A stretch of 63,958 bases of DNA, filler included, from Octopus bimaculoides (GCF_001194135.2; 7 parts of 7 records of this genome joined end to end with filler, not necessarily neighbours in it); one strand, 5' to 3'; shown: positions 29,656 to 42,706, numbered from the whole stretch's first letter. Made by a program: numbers and translations. The notes: generated by a model from the sequence alone, not told the origin.

Positions 29656-30267
29656 TGCATTGTTCCAGTGTAATAATCTATATGTTAGTCTTAGATATAG
29701 CAAATATATTCCTTTCTTTTCTTTTTTTTTTTGTAATGGGAGTTTGGTGGCAATAAGGTGAGAGGGAAAAGGATGAGGGAGATCGGAAAATGTATTTTTG
29801 GTGTGTCGTGACGTTTAACTCCATAACTAAGTCTTCTTGATTAATTTATCTAGCTGTCAAGTTGTGGTCGTGGCTCGTTAGCTTCTTATTCCTGTTGCAA
29901 CCGTGGTTTCTGCTCTTCTTTCCTCTGAACGTTTGTCTTTCTAACAAAAAAAAGACAAAAAAAACAACCAAACACTACCACCACCGCCGACGACAACGAG
30001 AACAACAACAACAACATGCTAGGGAAAGTAGCGAAATTTCCCTCATATTAATATTCACTGTGTTAAATAAAGAAGATTACATTGGATAATGTAGTCCTTG
30101 ATACTCCTCAAATGGGAGAGTCATTGTTGGATTTGTTTTGATAATATGTTTGCTTAATAAAAGTTGAACTGAAGTCCACACAACAGCAACAATGACAATA
30201 ACAACAGCAAAACCAACCCCAAACAAAGCCGACATCAACAACACAAGCTAATGATAGGGAAATGGAT

Positions 30268-31621
<1,354 letters not shown>

Positions 31622-31827
31622 TTGTAAAGCTGTTTCATAAAATGTACAATCAATTAATTATTTGATTTAATTGGTAATTAAAATAAGATTATAATCAACA
31701 AATTCAACGTTTTATTTGGTAATTAAGTTAAAATTTAACAAAGAGTGGTAGCGAGGCCACAATTTATTTAAAGTTTGTCTTCGTGTTGTGGTTATTGTTA
31801 TTGTTGTTGCTGTTGTTGTTGTTGTTG

Positions 31828-31918
<91 letters not shown>

Positions 31919-31919
31919 T

Positions 31920-32140
31920 AAGGCGGCGAGCTGGTAAAATCGTTAGCAGTCAGACAAAATGCTTGGCTGTATTTCGTTTGTCATTACGTTCTGAGTTCAA
32001 ATTCCGCCGAGATCGATTTTTGCTTTTCATTCTTTCCGGGGTCGATAAAATGAGTACCGGTTGATGACTGGGCTCGATGTAATCGACTAGCACCCTCCCC
32101 ACAAATTTCTGGTCTTGTGCCAAAATGTGCAACCATTATT
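31920..32140 (+). mobile_element. SINE family B (about 210 bp, (ATT)n tail)
   Basis: GGCGGCGAGCTGG head, GAGTTCAAATTCC B-box, GTCGATAAA..AAGTACC body, ATT tail. Other copies at about 727-940(-), 4170-4500(+), 5850-5995(+), 13500-13640(-), 17080-17210(+), 24147-24446(-), 40690-40905(-), 51070-51260(-), 52500-52700(-), 53840-54050(-). Confidence 0.85.
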
Positions 32141-32328
32141 ATTATTATTGTTGTTGTTGTTATTGTTTGGCTTAGGAGCGAGTCACGTTATGATCAAAAG
32201 TGTTTCAGTTCTATTCTATTAAGTGTTTCGTGTTTCACATGATCTAGCGTTATTTTCTGTTTTGAGACGTTAAAGCGTGATTTGAGGGAGATTTTGCTGC
32301 TATTTCTTACAGTGAAGTCAAGGGATCT

Positions 32329-32387
<59 letters not shown>

Positions 32388-32732
32388 GTAGTTATGCATA
32401 CATGTATGCATAGGCATATATGTATGTATTCATGTATGTATGCGTGTATGTACACATATATGTATATATATATTCTTTTATTCTTTCTTTTATTCTTTTA
32501 CTTGTTTCAGTCATTTGACTGTGGCCATGCTGGAGCACCGCCTTGAAGGTCTTTACGTCGAACAAATAGACCTACAGACAAATCGACCCCAGGACTTATT
32601 CTTTGTAAGCCTACTACTTATTCTATCGGCCCCTTTTGCAGAACTGCTAGGTTACGGGGACGTAAACACACCAGCATAGGTTGTCAAGTGATGTTGAGTG
32701 GGTGGGTGGGACAAACAGACACACAAGCATAC

Positions 32733-32767
<35 letters not shown>

Positions 32768-32885
32768 TAAATACATATATATATANNNNNNNNNNNNNNN
32801 NNNNNNNNNNNNNNNNNNNNNNNNNNNNNTTAATTAATTAANNNNNNNNNNNNNNNNNNNNNNNNNNNNNNNNNNNNNNNNNNNN

Positions 32886-33202
32886 GATTCCCAGACCGGG
32901 CGTTGTGAGTGTTTATACCTAAAGCTCCACGAGGCTCCAGCAGGGGATGGTGGCGAACCCTGCTGTACTCTTCCACCACAACTTTCTCTCACTCTTACTT
33001 CCTGTTTCTGTTGTGCCTGTAATTCAAAGGGTCAGCCTTATCGCACACTGTGTCACGCTGAATATCCCCGAGAACTACATTAAGGGTACACGTGTCTGTG
33101 GAGTGCTCAGCCACTTGCACGTTAATTTCACGAGCAGGCTGTTCCGTTGATCGGATCGACTGGAACCCTCGACGTCGTAAGCGACGGAGTGCCAACAACA
33201 AC
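32886..33202 (+). mobile_element. Family D-related SINE with a different central segment and (AAC)n tail
   Basis: 3' 150 bp clearly homologous to 61270-61425. The 5' end is cut by the scaffold linker. Confidence 0.7.
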
Positions 33203-33289
33203 ACAGACCCTTGGCCAAGGAGCCAGCCACGAATTGGGAGCGAACCTCGAATTGTGTGCTGTATTAAATTCAGACGAACATTCGACTCT

Positions 33290-33870
33290 GTTTCCGTCAC
33301 AGCTAATAAATAAATTTATTTTTTTTAATTCGCGGGTAGATATATACAGACCTTTGGCCCAAGGTGCCGCAAAGTGGGAACGAACTCAAAATTAAGGGCT
33401 GCGTTAAGTTTCAAACAAGCAGCCGACTTTGTTTCCGTGAAAACTCGGAGAATTAACTTCGGAGATTTCCGTAACAGCTGATAAATAGATCGCATCTCTC
33501 CGTGACAGCTTATAAATGGATATTAAATTTAGGGGTCCTAGGGGGTATATTTGGAAAGACGTGGGATTGAACCCGGAAAAATATGCTTCGTTAATTTCAG
33601 CAGCGGTTTACGGAAAGAACCGAAGTGATTTGCCGTGTTTACTATAAACAAACCTTCGGCTATTTCCGTGACAGCCGAGAAATAGATATTAAAATTACCA
33701 TCCTGGGGTAATTATATAAAGATCCTTGCTTAAGGGGGCCACTAATTAGGAACGAAACCTTAATTAAAATACTTCGTTAATTACAGCAGGGGTTTACGGA
33801 AAAAACCGAAGCGATTCCGCCGTGTTTACTATAAACAAACCTTCGGCAGTTTCCGTGACTACTCGGCAGT
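33290..33870. repeat. Diverged CpG-rich tandem repeat (period about 186 bp) with six TTTCCGT-ACAGC-like motifs
   Basis: 90-bp block at 33586-33675 recurs at 33772-33858. Motif at 33291, 33432, 33466, 33497, 33663, 33850. Confidence 0.75.
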
Positions 33871-34037
33871 TTTAACTTCCGGGTAGAATAAGCTTGTTTT
33901 TTTTCTTCTTCTTCTCCTCCTATCTAACACCTTAATCTACCATCCCCCCTCTCTTTATATCTCAACCGATGTTAGGACGAACGGAAGGGGAGGGGGAGGA
34001 ACAAACAGACATATATATGTATATATACGTATATACG

Positions 34038-34110
<73 letters not shown>

Positions 34111-34323
34111 NNNNNNNNNNNNNNNNNNNNNNNNNNNNNNNNNNNNNNNNNNNNNNNNNNNNNNNNNNNNNNNNNNNNNNNNNNNNNNNNNNNNNNNNNN
34201 NNNNNNNNNNNNNNNNNNNNNNNNNNNNNNNNNNNNNNNNNNNNNNNNNNNNNNNNNNNNNNNNNNNNNNNNNNNNNNNNNNNNNNNNNNNNNNNNNNNN
34301 NNNNNNNNNNNNNNNNNNNNNNN

Positions 34324-34609
34324 GGGCTTCTTTCAGTTTCCGTCTACCAAATCCACTCACAAGGCTTTGGTCGGCCTGTGGCTATAGTAGAAGACATTTG
34401 CCCAAGGTGCCACGCAGCGGGACTGAACCCAGAACCATGTGGTTGGTAAGCAAGCTATATATACATATATATATATATATAGGAGGGGCTTCTTTCAGTT
34501 TCAGTCTACCAAATCCACTCACAAGGCTTTGGTCGGCCCCGAGGCTATAGTAGAAGACACTTGCCCAAGGTGCCACGCAGTGGGACTGAACCCAGAACCA
34601 TGTGGTTTG

Positions 34610-34651
<42 letters not shown>

Positions 34652-34775
34652 CTTTCCGAAGTCACCACGAAGTGGGGGCTGAACCCTAGAACCACATGAC
34701 TTATAAGCAAGCTACTTATCACACAGAACCACTCCAACAACGGGGCTTCCTTTCAGTTTCCTTCTACCAAACCCC
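34324..34775 (-). repeat. Tandem SINE-A head units (head plus (TA)n), minus orientation
   Basis: Two complete heads of about 130 bp separated only by (TA)n, plus a scrambled partial copy. Confidence 0.85.
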
Positions 34776-34954
34776 ACAATCTGTTATTGAATTAATCCTT
34801 TCATTTTTTTCTCTTTTTCCAGATTAAAATCTTAAAACCGACCACTTTTTAAAATCTGCCGACGTGTGTCCTTAACAGGGAACCAGCCCCTGCTACAGCA
34901 ATAACAGACGGCCCCATACTCTTATCGCTGTGCCTTCTTCTCCAAACCCTCGCA

Positions 34955-35129
34955 ATGTTTCATTCGGCAAACCTCCAGATGTTACAGAGGACCAGGCGCC
35001 CGAATGCCCTTCGTACGTACTTTGGCCCATCGGCTATAGTCCCGGGAAGGGAGCCCTTTCGAAGGGGCCTCCTATACAGCACAGTCACAGCGGTACTCCT
35101 CGTCGTAGGGGCCGTTTTAACCTGGTTGA
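34955..35129 (+). CDS. Coding exon of a small two-TM membrane protein, PIRT/TMEM100-like (N-terminus and TM1)
   Basis: Strong acceptor TTTTTTTCTCTTTTTCCAG ends at 34822. First ATG of the exon is at 34955 (gcaATG). Open frame MFHSANLQMLQRTRRPNALRTYFGPSAIVPGREPFRRGLLYSTVTAVLLVVGAVLTWL runs to a canonical donor A|GTAAGT (phase 1). Unique, GC-richer island among repeats. Confidence 0.7.
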
Positions 35130-35186
35130 GTAAGTAATATTTCTTTAACTATTATTTTAGAAGCCTTTACAGGCCCCTTGACCGTT

Positions 35187-35674
35187 GAAAAATCGCGTGG
35201 TTCTGGGGTTCAGTCCCCACTGCGTGGTGGCTTCGGAAAGTGTCTTCTACTATAGCCTCGGGGCCGACCGAAGCCTTGTGAGTGGATATGGTAGATGGAA
35301 ACTAAAAGAAGCCCCTCCTATATATATGTGTGTGTGTATATATTTGTATAGCTTGCGTACCAGCCACATGGTTCTGGGTTCAGTCCCACTGTGTGGCACC
35401 TTGGGCAAGTGTCTTCTACTATAGCCTCGGAGCCGACCGAAGCCTTGTGAGTGGATATGGTAGACGGAAACTGAAAGAAGCCCCTCATATATATATATAT
35501 ATGTCTGTATATATATATATACATAACTTGCATACCAGCCACATGGTTCTGGGTTCAGTCCCACTGCGTGGTGGCTTTGGAAACTCTTCTACTATAGCCT
35601 CGGGGCCGACCAAAGCCTTGTGAGTGGATTTGGTAGACGGAAACTGAAAGAAGCCCCTCCTATATATATATATA
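35187..35674 (+). repeat. Tandem SINE-A head units, plus orientation, period about 175 bp
   Basis: Three heads ending GAAGCCCCTC followed by (TA)n. The array continues into an N gap. Confidence 0.9.
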
Positions 35675-36159
35675 NNNNNNNNNNNNNNNNNNNNNNNNNN
35701 NNNNNNNNNNNNNNNNNNNNNNNNNNNNNNNNNNNNNNNNNNNNNNNNNNNNNNNNNNNNNNNNNNNNNNNNNNNNNNNNNNNNNNNNNNNNNNNNNNNN
35801 NNNNNNNNNNNNNNNNNNNNNNNNNNNNNNNNNNNNNNNNNNNNNNNNNNNNNNNNNNNNNNNNNNNNNNNNNNNNNNNNNNNNNNNNNNNNNNNNNNNN
35901 NNNNNNNNNNNNNNNNNNNNNNNNNNNNNNNNNNNNNNNNNNNNNNNNNNNNNNNNNNNNNNNNNNNNNNNNNNNNNNNNNNNNNNNNNNNNNNNNNNNN
36001 NNNNNNNNNNNNNNNNNNNNNNNNNNNNNNNNNNNNNNNNNNNNNNNNNNNNNNNNNNNNNNNNNNNNNNNNNNNNNNNNNNNNNNNNNNNNNNNNNNNN
36101 NNNNNNNNNNNNNNNNNNNNNNNNNNNNNNNNNNNNNNNNNNNNNNNNNNNNNNNNNNN

Positions 36160-36298
36160 ATGTGATGGGCTTCTTTCAGTTTCCGTCTACCAAATCCACT
36201 CACAAGGCTTCGGTCAGCCCCGAGGCTATATTAGAAGACACTTGCCCAAGGTGCCACACAGTGGGACTGAACCCAGAACCATGTGGTTGGTAAGCAAG

Positions 36299-36334
<36 letters not shown>

Positions 36335-36465
36335 GAGGGGCTTCTTTCAGTTTCCGTCTACCAAATCCACTCACAAGGCTTTTGTCGGCCCGAGGCTATA
36401 GTAGAAGACACTTGCTCTCCCACCTCGCCAAGGTGCCACGCAGTGGGACCGAAGCTGGAACACTG
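36160..36465 (-). repeat. Tandem SINE-A head units, minus orientation
   Basis: Two heads separated by (TA)n. Confidence 0.85.
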
Positions 36466-36587
36466 TGGGTTAGCAAATACACTCCTTTTGGTTCAAACCT
36501 CACCTTTACATTCTAATCTAACTAATTAAAATTAACGAACAAACACACACATAACGAGATATTACTAATTACTCTGATTTCTTTCAG

Positions 36588-36730
36588 GTTTCAACAATAT
36601 ATTCGGGGCCCGTACGTCCATGACCGGCCCCTTGCTAATCGCCTTATCACTGGGCCTTAGTTTTTGTTCCCTCCGACAGTTTATAATCGCTAGAAAACAA
36701 CGACGCAGGGCCACACGCGAACAAATCAGG
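36588..36730 (+). CDS. Next coding exon of the PIRT/TMEM100-like gene (loop, TM2, basic tail)
   Basis: Acceptor CTAATTACTCTGATTTCTTTCAG with a branch-like CTAAT. Phase 1 matches the previous exon: (S)FNNIFGARTSMTGPLLIALSLGLSFCSLRQFIIARKQRRRATREQIR. The 3' end is uncertain: donor AGG|GTTCGT after 36730, or read-through to TAA at 36797-36799. Confidence 0.7.
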
Positions 36731-36857
36731 GTTCGTATATATATTAATATTATTTTCACACGACCCTACCCACCCTTAACAGTATTTGAGCTTTCGTAAC
36801 CCCCATTTCGTTAAACCCATTGTAATTAAATGGTCCCTAATTCTTTCACATCATCAT

Positions 36858-37442
36858 CATCATCATTTAACGTCCGCTTTTGGACGGTTTCACTGAGGAC
36901 TGGTGAAACCGGATGGCAACACCAGGCTCCAATCTAATGTGGCAGGGTTTCTACAGCTGGATGCCCGTCCTAACGCCAACCACTCAGAGAGTGTAGTGGG
37001 TGCTTTGTTGGACGATTTGACTGAGGACTGGTGAAACCAGATGGCTGCACCAGGGTCCGATATGATTTGGCAGAGTTTCTACAGCTGGATGCCCTTCCTA
37101 ANNNNNNNNNNGTGTAGCCACCTGGTTCACCAGTTCTTAGTCAAAACATCCAACAAAGCACCCACTATACTCTCTGAGTGGTTGGCGTTAGGAAGGGCAT
37201 CCAGCTGTAGAAACTCTGCCAAATCATATTGGACCTTGGCGTTGCCATCTGGTTTCACCAGTCCTCAGTCAAATCCTCCAACAAAGCACCCAGTGCACTC
37301 TCGGAGTGGTTGGCGTTAGGAAGGGCATCCAGCTGTAGAAACCCTGCCAGATCATATCAGACCCTGGTGCAGCCATCCGGTTTCACCAGTCTTTAGTCAA
37401 ACCGTCCAATCCATGCTAACATGGGAAAGCGGACGTTAAACG
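36858..37442. repeat. Fold-back of family C arrays
   Basis: Left arm 36865-37100 (2 units, minus) and right arm 37112-37442 (plus) around an 11-N gap. Outer ends TTTAACGTCCGCTTT / AAAGCGGACGTTAAA. Confidence 0.75.
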
Positions 37443-37775
37443 TACATAAAGTAAATAAAGAACGATTTTTCAAATTACAGCCTTAAAACTGGGTCACCGT
37501 GTCCCATATCAATCAGGGTTAACGACCACGTTGATGAATTTTGACACACAAAGAAATAATTAATTGACGCTAATTATATAGATATTACCTCACTAATAAT
37601 TACGGTCACGCTGGTGCAATGCCTTAAGCTAATTAAAACCGTTTAAGACGTCCTCATGGCTATTCTAATTACGTTTTTCAAACCATAATTAAGGAATTTG
37701 GAAACCATGTAATATATCTAAGCCCACGATGTGATCTAAGCCCTAGATCTTAAAAAGGGGACCGAGTGCTGTTAG

Positions 37776-37797
37776 CCCTAACCCTAACCCTAACCCT
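37776..37797 (+). repeat. Short interstitial telomere-like (CCCTAA)3 tract
   Basis: CCCTAACCCTAACCCTAACCCT. Confidence 0.6.
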
Positions 37798-38114
37798 GAC
37801 ATCGTAAAGTTCCCGACTAGATCACCACAACAGCAAGATGAACATCTTGTAAGATGGATATAGCAAAGAAAATTGAGGGTTAATATATTTAAAAAAACCG
37901 TAACCAGGCTTGATTTATCAGTGACCCCAAAAGCTGAACCTAGATGGTCTTAATGCCTATTTAATTTCGTCTCCTGGACCCTAGTTTATCAGTTCTGGGG
38001 GTCTTTATTACAAGTGGCAATTTAGAATAAGTATTGAGGTTCATTTAATCTATATATGCCTTACGACAAAAACTGATATTTAGGTCATGGTGACCTATTT
38101 TCGTGAAGATTTTG

Positions 38115-38845
38115 GCTGAGGACTGGTGAAACGGAATGGCTGCACCATGCTCCAATCTACAGCTGGAGGCCCTTCCTAACGCCAACCACTCCGAGAGTGT
38201 AGTGGGTGCTTTGTTGGACGATGTATAGTGGGTGCTTTGTTGGATATATTGATTGAGGACTGGTGGACCAGATGGCTACACCAGGCTCCAATCTACACTT
38301 GGATGCCCTTCCTAACGCCAACCACTCCGTGAGTGTAGTGGGTGCTTTGTTGTACGATTTGACTGAGGACTGGTGAAACCAGATGGCTGCACGAGGCTCC
38401 AATCTACTCCTAGATGCCCTTCCTAATGCCAACCACTCCGAGAGTGTAGTGGGTGCTTTGTTGGATGATTTGACTGGGGACTGGTGAACCAGATGGCTGC
38501 ACCTGGCTCCAATCTACACCTGGATGCCCTTCCTAACGCCAACCACACCGAGAGTGTAGTGGGTGCTTTGTTGGACGATTTGACTAAGGACTGGTGAAAC
38601 TAAATGGCTACACCAGGCTCCAATCTGATCTGGCAGAGTTTCTACAGCTGGATGCCCTTCCTAACTCCAACGCTACAATAGGCTGGACGGTTTGACTGAG
38701 GACTTGTGAACCAGATGGCTACACCAAGCTCCAATCTGATCTGGCAGAGTTTCTACAGCTGGATGCCTTTCCTAACCCCAACGCTACAATGGGCTGGACA
38801 GTTTGACTGAGGACTTGTGAACCAGATGGCTGCACCAGGCTCCAA
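38115..38845 (-). repeat. About 110-bp satellite derived from the family C internal segment, 7 units
   Basis: GACT(G/T)GTG anchor at 38121, 38258, 38368, 38479, 38589, 38701, 38812. Confidence 0.9.
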
Positions 38846-38849
38846 TCTT

Positions 38850-39703
38850 ACACTTGCCCAAGGTGCGACGCAGTGGAACTCAACCCGGAACCATGTGGTT
38901 GGTAAGCATGCTATATATATATATATACAGACATATATATATATATATATAGGAGGGGCTTCTTTCAGTTTCCTTCCACCAAATCCACTCACAAGGCTTC
39001 AGTCGGCCCGTGGCTATAGTAGAAGACACTTGCCCGTGGTGCCACGCAGTGGGGGCTGAACCCAGAACCATGTGGTTGGTACGCAAGCTATATATATATG
39101 TGTATGTATATATATNNNNNNNNNNNNNNNNNNNNNNNNNNNNNNNNNNNNNNNNNNNNNNNNNNNNNNNNNNNNNNNNNNNNNNNNNNNNNNNNNNNNN
39201 NNNNNNNNNNNNNNNNNNNNNNNNNNNNNNNNNNNNNNNNNNNNNNNNNNNNNNNNNNNNNNNNNNNNNNNNNNNNNNNNNNNNNNNNNNNNNNNNNNNN
39301 NNNNNNNNNNNNNNNNNNNNNNNNNNNNNNNNNNNNNNNNNNNNNNNNNNNNNNNNNNNNNNNNNNNNNNNNNNNNNNNNNNNNNNNNNNNNNNNNNNNN
39401 NNNNNNNNNNNNNNNNNNNNNNNNNNNNNNNNNNNNNNNNNNNNNNNNNNNNNNNNNNNNNNNNNNNNNNNNNNNNNNNNNNNNNNNNNNNNNNNNNNNN
39501 NNNNNNNNNNNNNNNNNNNNNNNNNNNNNNNNNNNNNNNNNNNNNNNNNNNNNNNNNNNNNNNNNNNNNNNNNNNNNNNNNNNNNNNNNNNNNNNNNNNN
39601 NNNNNNNNNNNNNNNNNNNNNNNNNNNNNNNNNNNNNNNNNNNNNNNNNNNNNNNNNNNNNNNNNNNNNNNNNNNNNNNNNNNNNNNNNNNNNNNNNNNN
39701 NNN

Positions 39704-39741
<38 letters not shown>

Positions 39742-39846
39742 CGATGGGCTTCTTTCAGTTTCCTTCTACCAAATCCACTCACAAGGCTTCGGTCAATCCG
39801 AGGCTATAGTAGAAGACACTTGCCCAAGGTGCCATGCAGCGGGACT
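38850..39846 (-). repeat. Further SINE-A head tandem units spanning an N gap
   Basis: Units at about 38850-38910, 38945-39090 and 39742-39846. Confidence 0.8.
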
Positions 39847-39946
39847 NNNNNNNNNNNNNNNNNNNNNNNNNNNNNNNNNNNNNNNNNNNNTTAATTAATT
39901 AANNNNNNNNNNNNNNNNNNNNNNNNNNNNNNNNNNNNNNNNNNNN

Positions 39947-40180
39947 ATGGGAACTGCCCATATCCTACGTAAAATACTGTCTATGTGATCTCAAATTTTA
40001 AAGCAAACACATAATTTTCTTATGGTTTCTTAAACATTCACTAGAACAAAACTGTACAAATCCAAATATATGGTACCCTAGGCATAACACCTACATGAAC
40101 TTCTAACTTGTTGTCTCTTGAGGTCTCTGGGTGAGACTTGGATCCAACTTGTACAAATGCAAAACAAAAGTCAAACATAA
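39947..40180 (+). mobile_element. 3' end of another R4/Dong-type lineage
   Basis: MGTAHILRKILSM* (39947-39988), about 190 nt of UTR unrelated to the other two UTRs, then (AAT)n at 40181-40245. Confidence 0.75.
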
Positions 40181-40247
<67 letters not shown>

Positions 40248-40625
40248 CTGTGCAGAAGTACGCTGAAAAATAAAGTAAACCAAATTAGCTGATGAATTAA
40301 AAACATTATGGATGTTAAGGAATGCGTGTTATCATCCCAATTGTAATAGGCACAGCTGGCATGAAACACAAGCATTTGTTTAAAGACATTCACAGATATT
40401 CTATAAGGATAGGCATTGGCATGTACCAGAAAATAGCAATACCAGGATTTGTAAATATTGTGACTGCATTTTCACACAGCATTTATTAACCTCGAACAAT
40501 TTTATGCATATTTTCCAATATGTACGTAATTTATTTTTTTCGCGATAGGAAACCTCTGCAATATTTTAAAAACATTAACGACAACAACAACAACAACAAT
40601 AATGATAATAATAATAATAATAATA

Positions 40626-40673
<48 letters not shown>

Positions 40674-40904
40674 CATTGTTATTATGATAATAATCTTTCC
40701 TGGTATAAGAAAAAGGCCTGAAATTTGAGGGGAAGGGGCTAGTCGATGTAATCGCTCCCAGTGTACAACTTGTATTTATTTCGTTGACCCTGAAAGGATA
40801 AAAGTCAAAGTCAACGTCGGTGGAATTCGAACTCAGAACGTAAAGACGGACGAAATGAATGCCTCTAAGCATTTTGCCCGGAGTGCAAACGACTCTGTCA
40901 GCTA

Positions 40905-40978
<74 letters not shown>

Positions 40979-41154
40979 TTTTACTCTTTTACTTGTTTCA
41001 GTCATTTGACTGCAGCCATGCTGGAGCACTGCCTTTAATCGAAGAAATCGACCTCATGACTTATTCTTTGTAAGCCTAGTACTTATTCTATCGGTTTCTT
41101 TTGCCGAACCGCTATGTTACGGCGACGTAAACACACCAGCATCGGATAAAGTTC

Positions 41155-42490
41155 GGGATGGACGTTCACAAGCACTACTAGAATTTTTTGAATCTTGTCA
41201 GGCAGGCATTAGAGAAAGCCTTAANNNNNNNNNNNNNNNNNNNNNNNNNNNNNNNNNNNNNNNNNNNNNNNNNNNNNNNNNNNNNNNNNNNNNNNNNNNN
41301 NNNNNNNNNNNNNNNNNNNNNNNNNNNNNNNNNNNNNNNNNNNNNNNNNNNNNNNNNNNNNNNNNNNNNNNNNNNNNNNNNNNNNNNNNNNNNNNNNNNN
41401 NNNNNNNNNNNNNNNNNNNNNNNNNNNNNNNNNNNNNNNNNNNNNNNNNNNNNNNNNNNNNNNNNNNNNNNNNNNNNNNNNNNNNNNNNNNNNNNNNNNN
41501 NNNNNNNNNNNNNNNNNNNNNNNNNNNNNNNNNNNNNNNNNNNNNNNNNNNNNNNNNNNNNNNNNNNNNNNNNNNNNNNNNNNNNNNNNNNNNNNNNNNN
41601 NNNNNNNNNNNNNNNNNNNNNNNNNNNNNNNNNNNNNNNNNNNNNNNNNNNNNNNNNNNNNNNNNNNNNNNNNNNNNNNNNNNATTTCTGAATGGCTGGA
41701 TGGCTTTCTCCTCCTCGTCGCAAAACGATCACGTTCCTATATTTGGGATGCCTTTGATTTTGTATCTAAAATCAACAACTTTTTAAGCGCCGAGGCAGTA
41801 TTGAGAACTGTTTTTGGTAACCATGGATGTTTCTTTCTTATATCTTAATATTGACCACAATGAAGGGGTAGAAGCATGCATGGATGCCTTCGAAAAGCGG
41901 TCAAACGAAAGTATTCCATCAAATTTACTCTGTAGATTATTGAGGTTTGTGTTAGAAAGTAACACAATGAAGTTGAGACAAAGATTTTACCACCAGACGA
42001 AGGGTTGCGCCATGGGTAGCCCCATGGTAGTTAATTTCGCTAATGTTTTATGACGAAATTCGAGACACAGTTACTGAAGACATTCAAATCCCTTCATGGT
42101 CATGAACCAATACTCCGGTTACAGTACATTGGCAACGTATTTTTTGTCTGGGAAGGATCACAGGATACTTTAATGGACTTCCTGCATTTTTGTGATTGTT
42201 ATTTACGTCTAGTTTTTCAAAAACTAGCGTTGAATTTTTGGACACAAAAGTCAAGTTTTCTGGAGGCAGAATAGTGAAAAAGTTATTTTGCAAGCCGACG
42301 TCATCCAACATTTATCTCCACCGCCCCTCCGATCATCCACATCATCTTATTCGGTCAAATCCGAAATCCCAATTTTTGAGCATAAAACGGATTTGTACTG
42401 ACAGTGCATATTCTCAAAAAATATTCTGAATCTACCCCACTTTCACTTCTCAGAATGTATGAGGAGAAATATGTTTGCTGGTTATTGACA
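41155..42490 (+). mobile_element. Degenerate Penelope-like element (PLE) reverse transcriptase, interrupted by an N gap
   Basis: ISEWLDGFL..SYIWDAFDFVSKI; LVTMDVSFLYLNIDHNEG; YHQTKGCAMGSPMVVNFAN; VEFLDTKV; KPTSSNIYLHRPSDHPHHLIRSNPKSQFLSIKRICTD. These match PLE RT motifs. Confidence 0.85.
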
Positions 42491-42622
42491 TCACGCCCTG
42501 GAGGAATGAATAAGCTGACAGGAGAATATCATCAAATTTATACAAAACTGTTTGATTGAATATTCTTCTTTCTCTCTTTTTCTTTNNNNNNNNNNAAAAA
42601 TGTAATAATAACAACAATAATG

Positions 42623-42705
<83 letters not shown>

Positions 42706-42706
<1 letters not shown>

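Noticed and set aside
37481-37563. Third exon of the PIRT-like gene after the acceptor at 37480
   Set aside because: With the best donor (phase 0) it gives only P-stop, and other phases need a weak donor. Not supportable without transcripts.
37776-37797. Telomere or telomerase-healing site
   Set aside because: Only three repeats with no subtelomeric evidence. Chance or repeat-internal origin is likely.
38115-38845. CRISPR-like repeat-spacer appearance
   Set aside because: The units are whole diverged copies of a retroposon segment with no unique spacers. The context is eukaryotic and there are no cas genes.
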